A stretch of DNA of 53,065 nucleotides, taken from sequence record SRR22947725_5774. The stretch is one strand, 5' to 3'. Position numbers and translations under genes: made by a program. Positions 50,287 through 53,065 of this stretch are shown piece by piece. Position 1 is the stretch's first letter. Every line of letters begins with the position of its first letter. The notes under the pieces were generated by a model. The model saw only the letters and a program-made list of their open reading frames with translations, was not told where the DNA came from and ran no database searches.

Positions 50287-51153
50287 TCAATCTGTGGCCA
50301 TATTTATAATAACCTCACCCCGGACATCAGAAGAGTCAAATGTGTGAGTTTTAATAACTTTTAAGAATTTAAGTCTTCCATAGTTTGCAACTAATTTCAC
50401 TCTTAATCTTTGATCAGCATCTCTTATAACATGTCCAACAAGTACATCGGACGGTAGAACTTTTCCATCTCCAGAAGTTACAACTCTATCACCGGAACGA
50501 ACCATTTCCATGTTTTCAACTATTTCAATTGGCGGTCTGAGCGAATTATCACCCACCAAAAGTGCTTTTTTCCCAGAAGGTTCAATCTTAATCGGTATCC
50601 GGCTACTACTATCTATTAGTAAAACAACTCTACTTAATTTCTCTCCAACACCAAATATTCTCCCAACCAAACCTGAACTGTCGACTACCGCCCAGCCATC
50701 CTTAATACCATCAAAAGTACCAATATTCAAAAGGAGCGATCGCCTAAATGATGAGCCACTATCAGAGAGGACTAGTCCAGTGATATATTTTAAACTGGGA
50801 TTAACCCTGACGTTGTTTAAATCTAATAACTGAGAATTTTCTTCTTCCAAACGTATTGCCGCTTCTCTCCAGTTTCGCATTTTTTGAAGCTTTAACCTTA
50901 ACTCCCTATTCTCCTTGACCAGAGTGCTGTATGAACCGATACCTTCTGATACACTAGACAACCCCCTTAAAGGTCCTAAAATCCATTCAAAGTTTGGTAT
51001 CAGTTTATCAAGTGCCGCCATGCGGACTCGTTCAGCACGTGGGTTGTCAATTTTCCACAATATAAAGGTAAAAAATGAGAAAAATACTAATAAGGCAATA
51101 GTAATTGACCTTATTGTTCTGCCATAATAATCTTTTCTTTTTTTCTCATTCAC
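50287..51153 (-). CDS. mreC: Rod shape-determining protein MreC
   Basis: TM segment, coiled coil (ENRELR), GLVGRI and GDRVVTSG. Confidence 0.92.
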   Translation of the reverse strand: MNEKKRKDYYGRTIRSITIALLVFFSFFTFILWKIDNPRAERVRMAALDKLIPNFEWILGPLRGLSSVSEGIGSYSTLVKENRELRLKLQKMRNWREAAIRLEEENSQLLDLNNVRVNPSLKYITGLVLSDSGSSFRRSLLLNIGTFDGIKDGWAVVDSSGLVGRIFGVGEKLSRVVLLIDSSSRIPIKIEPSGKKALLVGDNSLRPPIEIVENMEMVRSGDRVVTSGDGKVLPSDVLVGHVIRDADQRLRVKLVANYGRLKFLKVIKTHTFDSSDVRGEVIINMATD

Positions 51154-51198
51154 TTTATACTTATTTCTACCAAAGCATCATTTTTAATGTAGACCATA

Positions 51199-52242
<1,044 letters not shown>

Positions 52243-52359
52243 CTATTAAACTTTCAAATGAAATTAAAGGGTATTGCAGAAAAGTTAAGTAAGAGAAAAT
52301 AAATAAAATCTTAGTTAAAGATATAATCTAATTTAATGTTAATGTAAAAAGTAGTCAAT

Positions 52360-53065
52360 TTAGGAAGCATCCTTGTACGATATATCAGCTATATCTAACC
52401 CAACCTTTTGTCGTCTAATTAAAAGTCTATTTAGGGCATTTACATAAGCTTTTGTTGAAGCGACCACTGTATCTGTATCTGCAGATTCTCCAGTTGAAAT
52501 TTTCCCATTTTCTTCCATTTTAACAGAAACAATCGCCTGTGCATCCGTACCTTCTGTTACGGCATGCACTTGATAAAGCTGGAGCCGAGCAGTATGCGCA
52601 ATAATAGAATTTACGGCGTTAAAAGCTGCATCTACAGGCCCGTCTCCAATTGCTTTTACTGCCTTTTCCTTACCGTCGACAATTAATGTTAACTCTGATG
52701 TACTAGCCCCTCCTGTTCCACAAACAACTTTCAAACTTTTAACATGGATTCTATCAGACTCCTCCGATGAGGACTGGTCAATCATCAAAGCAATTAAATC
52801 GTCATCAAAAATTTCTTTCTTACGGTCAGCTAACGCCTTGAAACGAACAAATATATCCTTAAGTTTGTTGTCTCCAATCTCATATCCAAGATCAGTTAGC
52901 TTAGATCTAAGTGCAGCTCTTCCTGAGTGCTTTCCTAAAACCAGATTAGTATCAGAAAGACCAACATCAGCAGGCCTCATTATCTCAAACGTTTTAGAAT
53001 TTTTTAACATACCATCTTGATGTATTCCACTTTCATGTGCAAAAGCATTTTTTCCAACAATTGCT
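52360..53065 (-). CDS. leuA: 2-isopropylmalate synthase, 3' part (5' end outside the window)
   Basis: The frame is open to the window edge (AIVGKNAFAHESGIHQDGMLK); LGKHSGR and the regulatory domain GDGPVDA...GTDAQA are present. Confidence 0.95.
   Translation of the reverse strand, partial: AIVGKNAFAHESGIHQDGMLKNSKTFEIMRPADVGLSDTNLVLGKHSGRAALRSKLTDLGYEIGDNKLKDIFVRFKALADRKKEIFDDDLIALMIDQSSSEESDRIHVKSLKVVCGTGGASTSELTLIVDGKEKAVKAIGDGPVDAAFNAVNSIIAHTARLQLYQVHAVTEGTDAQAIVSVKMEENGKISTGESADTDTVVASTKAYVNALNRLLIRRQKVGLDIADISYKDAS

Noticed and set aside
52243..52359. CtrA boxes (TTAA-N7-TTAA) upstream of mreB
   Set aside because: TTAA half-sites are frequent in this AT-rich DNA, but I found no correctly spaced pair.

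Overview
This 53 kb window is densely coding, visibly AT-rich chromosome from a Rhodobacteraceae/Roseobacteraceae-type alphaproteobacterium, probably a streamlined marine lineage. That assignment is inferred from gene order and protein signatures. The content is almost all core housekeeping: the tuf start, parC, the SDR-HIG1-pduO-etfBA-hbd block, pckA, mcd, the rpoZ-rel-pdxJ-acpS-lepB-rnc-era-recO operon, folK, ispH, rnhA, def-def-fmt, malY, accA, plsC, lysA, ETF-QO-TPR-ispE, ispB, phaA, tRNA-Gln(TTG), kdsA, a non-canonical Mrp Na+/H+ antiporter operon, mreBCD-mrdA-rodA-ghrA and the 3' part of leuA. I found no mobile element, CRISPR array, prophage or defence system, and I cannot support a wholly novel system here. 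The best leads are: (1) an MBH-ordered, split-MrpA antiporter operon with a subunit that seems to need a non-canonical ATC start; (2) a probable zinc-finger-less ZitP-position membrane protein where ftsEX is missing; (3) several apparent clean losses from conserved neighbourhoods (chvIG-PTS, phaB, NYN); and (4) a short, motif-variant second peptide deformylase.
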